The notes under the pieces were generated by a model. That model ran no database searches and was not told where the DNA came from. It worked only from the letters and a program-made list of their open reading frames with translations. A stretch of DNA of 63,965 nucleotides, counting the filler, from Licmophora abbreviata (Eukaryota), in the NCBI GenBank assembly GCA_900291995.1. It is 9 parts of 9 records of this genome, joined end to end, with 100 filler letters (N's around TTAATTAATTAA, not from the genome) between each part and the next. Parts side by side here need not be neighbours in the genome. Positions count along the whole stretch, not along the records: positions 18,297 to 32,708 come from OLMU01001383.1; positions 32,809 to 43,494 come from OLMU01001384.1; 7 more parts are not named here. The stretch is one strand, 5' to 3'. Positions 25,356-37,779 of this stretch are shown here, piece by piece. Both the position numbers and the translations under genes were made by a program. How positions within the stretch are numbered: the first letter of the stretch is position 1; every line of letters starts with the position of its first letter.

Positions 25356-25678
25356 GGAACGAAACCGAAGTCAAAAATAATAAGATGATGGACATTTTCA
25401 TCGCTCTTGTATGCAGCTTTTTCAATGATACGTCAGCGTTCTTAATTATTTTTCAGATGTGCGACAGCTGAAGTATTCTCGAGCTGGCTGTTCCAGATGT
25501 CATGACATTCTCTAGATAAGCTGTGTGACATTTCAATCTGGTACAAGTTCTACGTAGATTCAAGTACGTACTCCTGCTAACATCGGAGGGGTCACAAAAG
25601 GTGGCCATTTCTTGTCGCACGTCGTCGTCGTCGACCATAAACGCGAAGAGTTGTAGCCGCAGTAGACTAGGCGGAAGC

Positions 25679-27007
25679 ATGAGCGTCCCTCACTCTGCTA
25701 TTCACGCCTCTCAGATCGTTAATCCTGAAAATGAAGAGGCAGAAGAGCAAGCTGACGAAACTGGAGTTAGAGGAATGGTAAGAACGAAAGAAACAAACTT
25801 CATCGCGCTTTGCTTTGTTGCGGGAAGTTTTGGATGCCAATCCTGTAGAATCTACGTCGCTGGACTACTGAAAGAAACCCGGAGGATCAGGAGGAAAATG
25901 CCCGCAAGTGCCTCTAGGGCTTTCGATGTTGCTGTGCGGGAGCTGGCTTGCTCCATCCTCCTCACCTTTCTAACATGGCTCCAATTGTCCCCATTTCTCC
26001 CCTAGGCTTCTGGTATTGGAGCCCAGTTTCAGAGGATGCGCCGTCGCCTCACCGTGACTGGCGCCAGCGACACCATTGACGGCGTCTCCAAACTGACCGT
26101 GTCAGAGCCAGAAGAACACGACAATATCCATGCCTCGGCTCGTTGTGCCGTTTCGGACTACTCGGGTGCCACCAAGAAGGGTCACGCGCCGTACAATCCT
26201 CGCAAGAAGAATCAGGACGCACTAATTATGGTCGAGTGCGCCGAGACGAACTCATTAATCTTGTGCGTGTTGGACGGACACGGAGAACACGGAGACCACG
26301 TCTCGGCGGCGTTTCGTGATAAGTTGCCGTCGGAAATGTTCCATCATCCGGCGTGGAAGACGGATGTCAAGAAAGCTGCTGCAGACTCGATTGCCAAAAT
26401 TGAGCATGAGGTGATACGGAACTATCGAATCGATACTGAATTCAGCGGTACGACTCTTTCCATGGCGATTGTCCGACAGAATATGCTGACGGGTGTCAAT
26501 ATTGGTGACTCCCGTGTCATTTTGGGCTTGGAGAAGGATAATATTCTTGTTCACGAGGAAATCACATTTGATCACAAGCCCGACACGCCAAAGGAGAAAG
26601 AGCGAATCCTTGCCTGTGGCGGACGTGTTTTTGCCGTGGAGTATGACGACGGTATCGACGGGCCTCCTCGTGTGTGGCTTGGACATATGGACGTTCCAGG
26701 ACTTGCCATGTCAAGGTCGCTCGGAGACGCTGTTGCGCACACAGCGGGCGTCATTTCGGACCCCGAGTTCACGGAACGGGAGCTCAACCCGGAAACGGAC
26801 AAGTTCCTCGTGATTGCCACGGATGGTCTCTGGGAGTTTGTTGATAACAAGGAGACTATCGACATGGCGGCAGCAGAGAATTCGCTTCCCAACGCCGTCG
26901 ACGCTCTTGTAAAAGAAGCAGGTCTTCGGTGGATGCGCGAAGAACAAGTCATTGACGACACAACAGTGATTGTTGCGAACTTGTACAACTACAGGGCGGT
27001 GGCATAA
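25679..27007 (+). CDS. Protein phosphatase 2C; join(25679..25777,26006..27007)
   Basis: NQD, VLDGHG, SGTT, NIGDSR, DHKP, LAMSRSLGD, ATDGLWE, DDTTVIV. Confidence 0.93.
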
Positions 27008-27231
27008 GGTTGATGTGGCAGGGTGAATTTGTGCTAATCTCATGTGAATGCGACGAGAAAAATGCAATTGTCTAAGAAAATGCCAAGAAATAGCTAGCTT
27101 GGTATGATGAAGGATAGTCTGAGCGACGAGTCGATCGCCAAGCCGTCGTTAGAATGGTTTTGAGAAGACTCTCGATTGTATTAAGACTAAAAGAGTACGT
27201 TGCAGCATGTATCTGTCTTTCGTTCTTTTCT

Positions 27232-27519
27232 CTATGATTCCTTTTTTGGCCGATTGGCACGGGGCGCATCCTTCAGGTAGGACTGGTCGTCCTTGTCATA
27301 CCAATCGCGGTGGTCTACCTTGTAGTACGTCGAATAGGCCTCGTTGGCTTTCTCTTTGAGTGTCTCAATGTATCCCTCCTGCGGATGTTCTTTCTGTCCC
27401 TGATCGAGACCACGATATGCATTCGTGCTGACTTGGTACAGCTGGAAGGCAAACAAGGAACCCAGTCCGGCGATTGCGCCCTTGTGCGCCACATCAGCAG
27501 CACGCTGTGCGAATCCCAT
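27232..27519 (-). CDS. Small single-TM protein, possibly COX14-like
   Basis: 95 aa; RAADVAHK followed by a hydrophobic helix resembles the Cox14 pattern; ATG in good context between two genes. Confidence 0.5.
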   Translation of the reverse strand: MGFAQRAADVAHKGAIAGLGSLFAFQLYQVSTNAYRGLDQGQKEHPQEGYIETLKEKANEAYSTYYKVDHRDWYDKDDQSYLKDAPRANRPKKES

Positions 27520-27883
27520 TCTTGTAGTGTGTGAGTGATTTCAACGACCTACTAGACTTTCCAACGATGCTCGATACGACTGACTCTAGACGCTGGCGTC
27601 CTTGCTTGAATACTTTTGAGATTTTGATACGATACAATAAGGATTCTCTTGTTCTGCTGCTCGAACGAAGTCACTCCATCATGGTCTCAACGCGATGACG
27701 CGGCGACAATGTGGTCGCTTTTGTAGGACCGTACATAACCCGGAAAAGGCTATTCGGGGAAATTCCATGTGGCGGGCGAAATAGGGTTCAAAAATCGTGG
27801 CAATAATCTTCTTCTAGTGGACACTTTCAACGTGTACAACATGATTGTGAGTTGGGTGCCTAAACCAACTATCCCTCGCATCC

Positions 27884-29468
27884 CTACCAATGTCCGCTGG
27901 CCATTTTGGAGAATGGAAACGACAACGTACTCCCGCAAAGCAAGCCGAATGATAGGCAAAAGTTTTCAATCTCGGACGCCTTCGTCTGCATCTCTTGCGT
28001 TGAAGGGATCAGTGTTGGCGCGTGCGAGAAGCTGGCGGATATAACAATGCCATTGAGAATCGCAAACGAGGCCTGCACTACAAACGAGAACAAGTCGCTC
28101 CGGATAGAAGCGCTACCAAAGACCGAATCTCGGGATAGGCACAGTAGAAAGAGCGGAAAGAAGGCACAGCGGCACAAGGACAAAAGCACCAGAGTTCTTG
28201 ACAATGTACGTGATGGATGATCCCGAATCAGTCTTGCAGCCAGAAGTCGACCCGTAAAGTCACCGGCATTGAAAGTGACAAAAGTAAGGGGCGTGTAGAG
28301 ATCATTGTGTATCCTGCGATGTGACTGGCATTCGTGAATGCTCTGGAGTCCCGATGTCCACCCAGGAAAGAGAGCAAGTGTCACTGCGAAGGTAAAGAAG
28401 ATTGCAAATGCTGGTCCCTTGATCGCATCCCACACAAAGACGGTGGCACTCTCCACGCTCGCTGGCTCTGTAGGAGCATTCGCCGCCGTATCGACTGGGT
28501 CGCCGACATGAAATTCCTGGTCCTCGTTTTGAAACATTTCAATGCTTCCCTGGGATGTAATACGTCGTTTTTGCTTCGCCCAAACCTGAATGCGATGGTT
28601 CGTCTTCAAACGGCTCATCCTCTAGCGTTTCATACTGAGCGCGAAGCATTGCTCTCTTGTACGAGTCGACGTGACTGTACCCCACGATACACATGCTGAG
28701 AACAATCGTTCCAATCAGAAAGTAGGAAAACGACGACCAATCCACAGCACGGTAGGGCGTGCATGATGAGGTCTGCCCAAGGTCTTCCACTCGTCGTCTA
28801 TCACCAGTGTCACAGTGTTCATTCAGAAAGGATTGAGGGTCACGCAACCACGCCGCCGCCAAATTGCCAAAGGCAACGGCAAGTCCACCCAAGGCTTGAC
28901 CTGAAAAGTAGGGCTGTGTCCCAATTTCGGACGGGAAGAGTCCTGCCGTCGCGACAATACCGGCTGAAGCAAAGGCAGTGCAAATGCCACAAATCGACAA
29001 GCTTAGCAGTGTAAATGCGAGAAAGAAAGATGCCGACATGTCCGTCACAACGACAACACCAGTGGTGAGTAGAAATACCAGCAAGTAAATGTAGAGCGGC
29101 AGCATGACCATGAACGGGCTTTGGCTATTGTCACCAGGACGAGACTCTTCACTCTGCAGCCGAACAGAGGATTCTATCGATTGGCGTTTGTCGAGCCTCC
29201 ATTGCCACCATATCAGTCCGCCGAGCGAAAGGGAAGACGAGAAATTGTATATGAGGCCAAACCACAATTCAACGTTGCCTTGACTGCTGCCGCCCTCCAA
29301 GCATAGTCTTGAATCAAAATAGGGTTTGGCACTGATGAAAGCGTTCCACGGAAGGAGAATTCCCACACCGAGCAACCAGAATATTGCCTTGATCAATGTC
29401 TCCGACGAAGTTGGAGGAGCGTTGGACGTGATCAGTTCGCCACAGCTGCCGATGGGTGGCGGCGACAT
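27884..29468 (-). CDS. Equilibrative nucleoside transporter (ENT/SLC29); one frame break at an A5 run near 28570
   Basis: LGVGILLPWNAFISA, GQALGG, TFAVTLALFPG, FNAGDFTGR; about 11 TM segments across two overlapping ORFs. Confidence 0.9.
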
Positions 29469-30223
29469 TTTTCGCTGCTCGACTAGCTTCTGATAGATCC
29501 TTTCTCACAGCATGGCAACGACTGGCGTAAGCAACAATGTCTTTCACGGATAGGGGCGTGAGGTTTCTGTATGCTCTAGGCGGATATGATCTCTGTCATT
29601 GTCCTGGTCTCGCTCTGTCTGCTGTCTGTCTCGTCTCTCTTATTGTCAAATCTCGCGAGTCGGTCGCGATTCTCGCCAGCATCGCATAGTTTGAAGTTGA
29701 CAGTTCAGGTTCTTCCAAATTTACAATTTACCTGATGAAGGACGGACGTTGATAAACTCTGAGATGATGGCGCGCTGGCAGGCGGCGCGAAAGGTGTGTC
29801 GCATTCCCTCTCGGGAACCAGGCGTCTTTATGTGCATATGATTATATACAACTATTTTGTATTATATAAGACGGATGTCACCCGTGAATGCCAGTTGGAC
29901 ACATTTATCGCCTTTAGATACCAATCTCTCACATAAAGGCTTCACCTATTGTTGTTTATTGTCTTTTCACGCTCCGACATCCTTCGGACAACGTTTAGAC
30001 ACATCCCAACGGATCCATAAATAATTTGGTCAAACTATTTTCATATGTGTATCGCGTTACCCGCGCAGCCGAGCTCTTCTGGTTCACGAGCTTCCTTCCG
30101 AGACCATCGCATCGGTGTTGCTAGGGTCGAATCCAATCACGCATACTCACCGTCGCGTGATAATCCATAAACTCATAACGCTCGACAGACTTCACCTCAA
30201 CCGTACGTTGGCCTTAGTAAAAG

Positions 30224-32440
30224 ATGTCAGAATACCTCTACTCGCACTCCGTTTCACTCAAGCGTGACCGACAGGTCGAGATAAGGATGTCTTCTACTCA
30301 TTCTTCCTTGGAGCGAAGCCAAGCACAGCAGGGGTGCTTCATGACAGCTAAAACGATGCACGTGCCCCCTGGAAGTCCGTTTTTGGCTTCGGTATTGAAC
30401 AACAAGGGTGTCGTTTACATTCAGAATCGTCAGTTCGAAGCTGCGAAGGAATCACTCGGCAAGGCCCTTGGTATGGTGTGCAACAAGAACGATCCCTGGG
30501 GTGACACCACCGGATACGAATCCTCGATGCACTCCTCGTCGTCTCTAGAGAGTTTCGACGGGAAGGACTTGGAGTCTGGCCCCATTTCCTCAGCTTTGTC
30601 TATCCCTGCTCGACTCTGCTCTTTTGAAGTTGTGGACACCCCAATGTCACGCAAGTCTTTCAAGCATCGCTCAGAATACGATGAAGGCATGAACTTCTTT
30701 GAGTCGCCTCTCTACATGAACGATGATTCTCCGTGTGTTGATGCCATTATTCTTTTTAATCTCGGGCGTCTTTATCACCAAGAAGATAGATCAGGTGAAG
30801 CCATCGTCTTGTATCGACGTGCGTTGTCATCGCTTGAGAACGCTCATGTCAGCGACAAGCGAACGACCCTTGCGGTACTCCTCAATATCGCTAACATTCA
30901 GTACAGTAGCGGTGACCTGACTGATGCGCTCAAGACTTACACAGTGGGTCTTTCGCTTGCTCAGACCTCCTTCGGATCCGACTCTGTCGAAGTGGCAGCG
31001 TGCCTTAATTGTATCGGTGTTATCCACTACGTTATGCCCAACGGGGACTCCGACCGTGCTTTGGATGCACTACGTATTTCTCTTCGCTTGCGTCGGCGAG
31101 CACAAGCCAACAAGGATATCGGCACTACGTTGAATAACATTGGCCGTGTCTACTTCCAGCGTGGGGATTACCGAAAGGGCATGTCAGCCTACCAAGAATC
31201 GCTTGCCATTCGACAAAAAGTCTCCTCCAACAGCGTCGACGTTGCCGCCACTATCTTCAACATCGGGCAGTCTCATCATCAGCTCAGTGAGCACGAGGAA
31301 GCCTTCGGGCGCTACAACGCCTTCCTCGAGATGGCACGCTCTCACTTTGGTCACTATCATCGCGATATTGCCATCGTCTTTACGTGCATCGGCCAGATCT
31401 ATCACGAGCAAAAGGACTACGAGCACGCCATGGAATCTTTCGAAGAAGCTCTCCGAATTGGCCGATCGGCGTTGGGACCCATGCACCCCGAGATTGCCAT
31501 CACTCTCAACAAGATGGGCAACCTCCATCACGAGATGGGAGACCTTGATGCCGCCCTGAACGTTTACAAGCAGGGACTTGTCGTTGAACAAGGTGTCTTG
31601 GAAGAAGGTAACCCCAACGTTCTTGTCACCATGACCAACATTGCTGAGATTCACAAGCAGCGATCCAAGTTCGAAAAGGCACTCAAGTACTACAAGAAGG
31701 TGCTCTCTCTTCAAAGGAAACACGTGTCTGACAGTGAGCTCGAGGTGGCGAACACGCTGAGTAGCATCGGCTACGTCCGTCACCAGATGGGAGACTATGC
31801 CGGTGCACTAGAGGTTAATCAAGAATGCCTTCGAATCCGAAGAGAAGAGAAGGGCGACCACGACGAAGATGTCGCTTCCTCCCTCACTCACATTGCGCTA
31901 GTATTGTTGAAGCTTCACTTTCACGATGTTGCACTGGAGGCACTGACGGAGTCTTATCGTATCCGGCGAGCCATCCCGGAGACCAACCGAAAGGATCTCG
32001 CCTTCACCATGTACAACATTGCCATGATCTACCATCACCGCGGAAGCTACGACGAGGCTCTAGCCTTTTACCGCGAGACAGCGCGAGTCGAAAGTACTGC
32101 TCTCGGTAATAATCACCGCGATCTTGGCATCACCTTCTACAATATTGGTCAGATCTACTACCAATGCGGTGAAATGGAATTGGCGCTGGACAATTTTCAC
32201 AAGGCACTCGAGATTGAGCGCAAGTGTTTTGGAAGCGATCACCCTACGTGCGCTCGTACGTTAAATGAAATTGGAAACATTGAGCTCCAACGAGGCAATG
32301 TGGAGACGCTAATGAAGTGCTACACAGAAGCGCTTCGAATCTATCGCAAGGCCGGCATGAGTGCCGACCACTTGGTCATTTACGGGCGACGCCTCTTTCG
32401 TTTCGAAGTGGCGCAAGCTGAGGCTGCTGCTTCGGCATAA
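30224..32440 (+). CDS. Tetratricopeptide repeat protein (kinesin-light-chain/NPHP3-type repeats)
   Basis: Many ~42-aa TPRs such as GPMHPEIAITLNKMG and GSDHPTCARTLNEIG; start may be 30287. Confidence 0.88.
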   Translation: MSEYLYSHSVSLKRDRQVEIRMSSTHSSLERSQAQQGCFMTAKTMHVPPGSPFLASVLNNKGVVYIQNRQFEAAKESLGKALGMVCNKNDPWGDTTGYESSMHSSSSLESFDGKDLESGPISSALSIPARLCSFEVVDTPMSRKSFKHRSEYDEGMNFFESPLYMNDDSPCVDAIILFNLGRLYHQEDRSGEAIVLYRRALSSLENAHVSDKRTTLAVLLNIANIQYSSGDLTDALKTYTVGLSLAQTSFGSDSVEVAACLNCIGVIHYVMPNGDSDRALDALRISLRLRRRAQANKDIGTTLNNIGRVYFQRGDYRKGMSAYQESLAIRQKVSSNSVDVAATIFNIGQSHHQLSEHEEAFGRYNAFLEMARSHFGHYHRDIAIVFTCIGQIYHEQKDYEHAMESFEEALRIGRSALGPMHPEIAITLNKMGNLHHEMGDLDAALNVYKQGLVVEQGVLEEGNPNVLVTMTNIAEIHKQRSKFEKALKYYKKVLSLQRKHVSDSELEVANTLSSIGYVRHQMGDYAGALEVNQECLRIRREEKGDHDEDVASSLTHIALVLLKLHFHDVALEALTESYRIRRAIPETNRKDLAFTMYNIAMIYHHRGSYDEALAFYRETARVESTALGNNHRDLGITFYNIGQIYYQCGEMELALDNFHKALEIERKCFGSDHPTCARTLNEIGNIELQRGNVETLMKCYTEALRIYRKAGMSADHLVIYGRRLFRFEVAQAEAAASA

Positions 32441-32517
32441 CGTGGACCAAGCATGGGGACGACCGTTAGAATTCGCTAAAGGTTGTGTAATTTTTAATGG
32501 TAGTTGTCTAATTGACA

Positions 32518-33796
32518 TCACAAACCGCCATCTACTGTCGTCCGTTCAAGTAGGCCACTGGTGTCATTGTGTCTGTCTCTGGTATTGACGTATGACAGTA
32601 GGTCCGCCATCACGGGACCGATGCCCGTAATCTTGAGTAGCTCCGTCTCTGATTCCGGTACGATACCATCGTAATTGGAAATTATCTCCTTGGATGCAGC
32701 TACAACATNNNNNNNNNNNNNNNNNNNNNNNNNNNNNNNNNNNNNNNNNNNNTTAATTAATTAANNNNNNNNNNNNNNNNNNNNNNNNNNNNNNNNNNNN
32801 NNNNNNNNGAAATTATCTCCTTGGATGCAGCTACAACATGCTGCGCCTTGGTGTTGTAGTACTGCAACGAGCTCAAAGTCGGCGCCAAAAGTTCTGGGTC
32901 AAGGCGGCTCATCGTTTCGACGGTGAAGCCTTCGGCGACGAAAGTTTGTCGAAGCGAAGCCATGGTTTGTCGCACCACTGTGTCCTGACATCTAGCATGA
33001 AGTCGAGCGGCCACGAGAAGCTGAAAGCGCCGTACTTCGAGTGGAGCTCTGGGATCGGCGAGAGTGTGCCACTTGGTGACTATTCTAACGCACTCGTCCT
33101 GGGAGCAGTCCTTCATACGGACAAAGTCTTTCTTTGTCTTTTTGCTCTTTGTCTGGCCGTGCTTAATTCTCGTCTTGTCGGATAGACCTTTGACACCGCT
33201 AACTCCTGTGATCGTGTTGGGCCGTGCAACCCAGTTAACCGAGCTACCCGTAACAGAACTCTTTGCTCGCTCACCGACGTCCGTGGAAAAGGCAAATTGG
33301 GCGAAAGGGTTGTTTTTTACCGTCGATTCTTCGCAGAAGGAGTCTCTGGACTCTGAGAGAGCTCGCTTTCCACACTCGGGAATGTACAACGCTTCGTTTC
33401 CATGCTTGCAGTCGCCAGCGTACTATGAGCACCATCGGCAGTCCCGGTCTCAGCTTTCACCGACCCTGTCGACTCGGCCACGGTCAGAGAAGCAGAATCC
33501 AGCCCCCCTTTCATCTCTTGTGCCTCAGTTACTCCATCGACTTTGGTCACGTCATATTCAGCCGGTATCGACACTACGTTTCGATCTCTCTGTCTCGCCG
33601 CGTCATCAGGGTTGTCACCTGTGTCGATGGCGCATTCGCAGCCCGCAGGCGTCGTTGGATCGTCGTTTTTGAGCTCTTCATTCTCTTTTTCCGCTGGTTG
33701 CTCTGCAACAGCCTTTTCTATTCGTGCCCGCTTTTGAGGTTGAAAGAAGCGACTGAACGCTTGCTTTTCTGGGGACAGTGACGGAGGCATCGTCAT
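32518..33796 (-). CDS. Endonuclease III/HhH-GPD-like protein, C-terminally short; crosses false gap 32709-32808; frame break near 33320-33420
   Basis: RFQLLVAARLHARCQD, YYNTKAQHV; after merging the 31-bp overlap: YDGIVPESETELLKITGIGPVMADLL, then stop at 32518. Confidence 0.75.
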
Positions 33797-34081
33797 GGTG
33801 TTTTCATGTGTCGCCGCATATCTTTTTCATGTTTGAATTCTGACGAATGTGGCCAGTGTCATGAGAAAAATCAAGGCGTTTGCCAAAACTTGCGAAGGTT
33901 TGGACAAAAAGGCTCATCTGGTCAAAATTGAAAAAAAACATTCCACAGATTTTTGTCGAAGTTATGATAGTCTTCCTCCAGTGGTGTGTGCCGTGCCGCC
34001 GACCATGATGGTTGCAATGACGCCGCCGCCACCTTCAGAGCCACATCGTCCACCACCCCCGCGGTCCAGCCCCCTCGATCC

Positions 34082-37000
34082 ATGGTGGAATCGTTGCCGG
34101 ACGTGAAGAAGGGTCATGCGGACTGGAGAGAGTACCGTCCCTTTCGATTACCGAACGGCGTCACATGCATGGTGGTACACGACAAGGAGTCCAAGACGAC
34201 GTCTATGGCTGCTTGCGTTCACACGGGCGCGGCCGCTGACCCTCGTAGTATGAGTGGTCTGGCACATTTTTGTGAGCACATGGTGTTTCTAGGGAGCGAA
34301 AAGTGGCCAGGAGAGAATGATTACAAAAAGTACCTCGCCAGCCACGGCGGCCGCAGCAATGCAAGTACCTCCTTGCACTTGACCACGTACAAGTTTGAGG
34401 TGATTGCGGAACATGCCGAGACCGCGGTTGATATGTTTGCGAACTTCTTTACCTGTCCCCTCTTTACGACATCGGGTACGTCCCGCGAAGTCAACGCTGT
34501 CGATTCGGAAAATTCCAAGAATCTCGTTGCCGATGCTCGTCGCCGCTTGCAGATCCTAAAGGCGCTCGCCGATCCGAATCACTATTTCTCCAAGTTCACA
34601 ACTGGCAATGCCCAAACTCTCCCGACACACGATGAAAGTAAACTCAATGAGGTCCGAGAGGCTCTCTTGGCTTTTCATCGTCACCACTATCGTCCCGACA
34701 ATTTGACGGTTGTTATCGTGGGACCACAATCGCTCGATACTCTCCAGGAGTGGGTCGTTCCTCGCTTTGCAGATATGAAGCAGCGTGAGTCGCCTTCTTC
34801 CGACACCAAGATAGTTGATGACATGATTTCGGAAGCTGCCCGGGACATGCCAAATTTTGCGTTTGGACTGCCGCGGCCACTGTACAAGCCGGCCTTTTCG
34901 CCGTCGCTACAGCCTGGCGGCTCTTGGCCAGTTCTACTCACGGTTCAGCCTCTACGGCCCATGCGGAAGCTTACTTTGAACTTTCAAATTCCTCCGGTCA
35001 AGGACAACCTTGATCAAAGTCCCATGGAAATACTAGGTCACTTGTTGGGCCACGAGGGAAGAGGCAGCTCGTTCGCCTTGTTGCAGGATCGCGGATGGCT
35101 CACGTCCTTGACTGCCGGACCACGCGTATCAGCCCCCGACCACGCTCTCTTCCAAATCGATGTTGGCTTGACGGAACAGGGTGAAGCAAATTGGAAAGAT
35201 GTTGCTGACGTTCTGTTGGCGCATGCGCGATTGATTCATTCTACATGTGTGGAGGCACAACAGGGCGATGCGGCGGCGCTCGAACAATTGCATGAATTGT
35301 GGTCCGAAGTTGCCACTTTGAAGGCGCTTCAGTTCAATCAAACTTCGCCATCGGGAGTTTATGATTTGGCGCCGGCACTGTGTCAGAGTACTGTCAGTCA
35401 TGGCACGGAGGAGGCGATGAGTGTGGGGAGCATGTTGAAGGAGTCAGCCGAGACATTCCCGTTGGATAACATGGCTGAGTTCGCGTCCTTGGTGGTTCCG
35501 AGCAATTGTATCGTCGAACGATGCAGTAAAGCGGCATGGGAAGAGGTATCAACGCATAACAAGGAGCTCGCTGAAGGCTTTGGTACACTGAAAGAGCAGT
35601 GGTACGGGATCGACTACCACCTTTCCCCGGTCGAGGACGAGACTCTTCAAGAATGGAAGGGAGCTTCGAATCACCACGATGTCGACATCGATAAGTTGCA
35701 TCTCCCACGCCCGAACAACTACATCCCCAAGTGTATGGCGCTTTGTGACGATCTTCCTGAGGAAGCCAAGCTTGGCCCTCGCATCAACAAAGAGATTGAT
35801 CCTCCGAATCTTCTCGTGAACGAAGAGGGATTTGGTCGCCTTTGGCACCGGCTTGACGACCGGTACGCTCTTCCAAAGTCATCGCTTACGCTCTTGTTGC
35901 GCAACGCTGCTGTCGAAAATACCCAAGTTGATGGCGTGTGGTGCCATGATGTCGATGCTTCCATTCGCTCCTCGATATTGTCAGGAATCTTTTCTCAGGC
36001 GCTGGCCCAGGATACATACGACGCTGATTTAGCGGGTCTCGGTTGGGTCTTGACCATGTCGCCCGCGGGAATCCGCCTCTCCTTCGGAGGTTATTCAGAC
36101 CGTCTACCTGACTTGGCGACGAAAGTGCTTAAGGCTTTTTTGTTGCTGGAAGAGCCTGAAGCGGAAAACGAAGAATCCGATGGGTCGTTCTTTCGAGAGT
36201 CTTATTTCGAGTCGACCAAGGATAGACTCGTTCGGAACTTTCGGTCGTACATGCAATCGCGTCGCGCCGACTCACATGCCGCCTACTACCGTGACCTAAT
36301 CATGTCATCGCAGAGCGAGGGTATCGATGCAAGCCTGAAGGCGGCGGAAGCTGCGTCCTTGAACGATATCCGAAAGCACCATGAAGACCTGCTGCAAAAC
36401 ACTGAGATGGAGATGGAATGTTTGTTTTCTGGGAATGTACCGGAGCGCCAGGCGAAGGACTTCTACAGCGTCGCAAGCGACCTTCTGCGCCAGGCTACGG
36501 GACAGACGACTGTCAATGGAGAAGTGAACGGCAGCGTCAATGGTGCCGAGCGGGAGATCTTGGACAGACGACGATGGGTCCCAGGTAAGCTGACGGACGT
36601 GACTCTCTCGCTTTTTTGTTTCCGGTTTCCTTACCTGTAGATCTCGAATCTCTACCTGCTCTTCAGGTGCCCTCGAGCGACGACTTGTACCCGGAGACGA
36701 CATCGAGCTACATTTTGCGAGCAAGAACCCCGAAGAAGAAAACGGAGCTGTACTGGTCACGTACCAGTCGCAGATCCCAGGCTTCAAGGGTGATGATCTG
36801 TCAGAACGTCCATCTCTCAAGAGTTCAGCCAGCATCCGTCTTCTTTGCCACATGCTCCGCGAACCATTGTTTAACAACCTTCGCACCAAGCAGCAACTTG
36901 GTTATATTGTTAGCAGTTCGTACGATTTGGCGTTCTCGTCGAATACACCTGATACGCTATACGACGGCCCTTGGACAGCTCCCGTCGAGTTCATCATGAT

Positions 37001-37652
37001 CAACGTTCTCAGTCGCAAGATGCCTCCGCCGGAAGTCAAGGAACGCATTGACGAGTTTCTGGTCGACTACCGCGAAAGCTTACTCAATATGCCCGAGTCG
37101 GAGATTCGCAGCCACGCCGACGCTCTGAGCAAGAAACTTCTCAAGCCTATCCAAAAGCTTGGAACGGAGGCATCAAACCATTTTGGCAAGATTCGTCGGT
37201 ACAGCCCGGAAGTCTTCAGCAAAGGTGGATCTGCTAAGGACCTGCCATGGAATAGCGTGAAGAGCTTGGCTCATGAAATCCAGTCCCTCGAGCGACAAGA
37301 CCTCATCGACGCGTATGATCGTGTCTTGTCTCCCAAAGACTGTGCCCGTGTCGTTTCCTGCGTGTACGGCAACACATTTCCTCTTGAATCGAGTTTGGGC
37401 AAGCTCCCTCCCAAAGCGATTGTTGACAGCTTGGACGATGTGCTGACACTTCGCAATGGACTGAGGCCATTCGATCCTTCGCTTCGCTCCTCGGAATCCT
37501 GGGGCCGTGTCGGTCGTGGTGGTGGGCGCTTGTTATCCGGTGGCAGCGCCCTTGGATCCCGTACCACCCTGGGCTTGGCAGCTGCGGCGGCGCTTGGAGC
37601 TGGCTATCTGGGAATGACGCTTCTGCGGCGGCAGCCGTCTGCAAGAAAGTAA
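34082..37652 (+). CDS. M16A insulinase/pitrilysin-like zinc peptidase; join(34082..36584,36667..37652)
   Basis: GLAHFCEHMVFLGSEKWP (HxxEH), HGGRSNAST, EVNAVDSE, HLLGHEG, FNNLRTKQQLGYIV; start uncertain. Confidence 0.92.
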
Positions 37653-37779
37653 ACTCTACTAAAATCATGGTCGCTTGAATGTACTCAATTTATGATACTA
37701 CTGGTATGTAAGTCTCTACTTCTTCGTCGGTACTCTACAACGAACGCATCATGCCTAGATGTCGTTCATGCCACCACCT

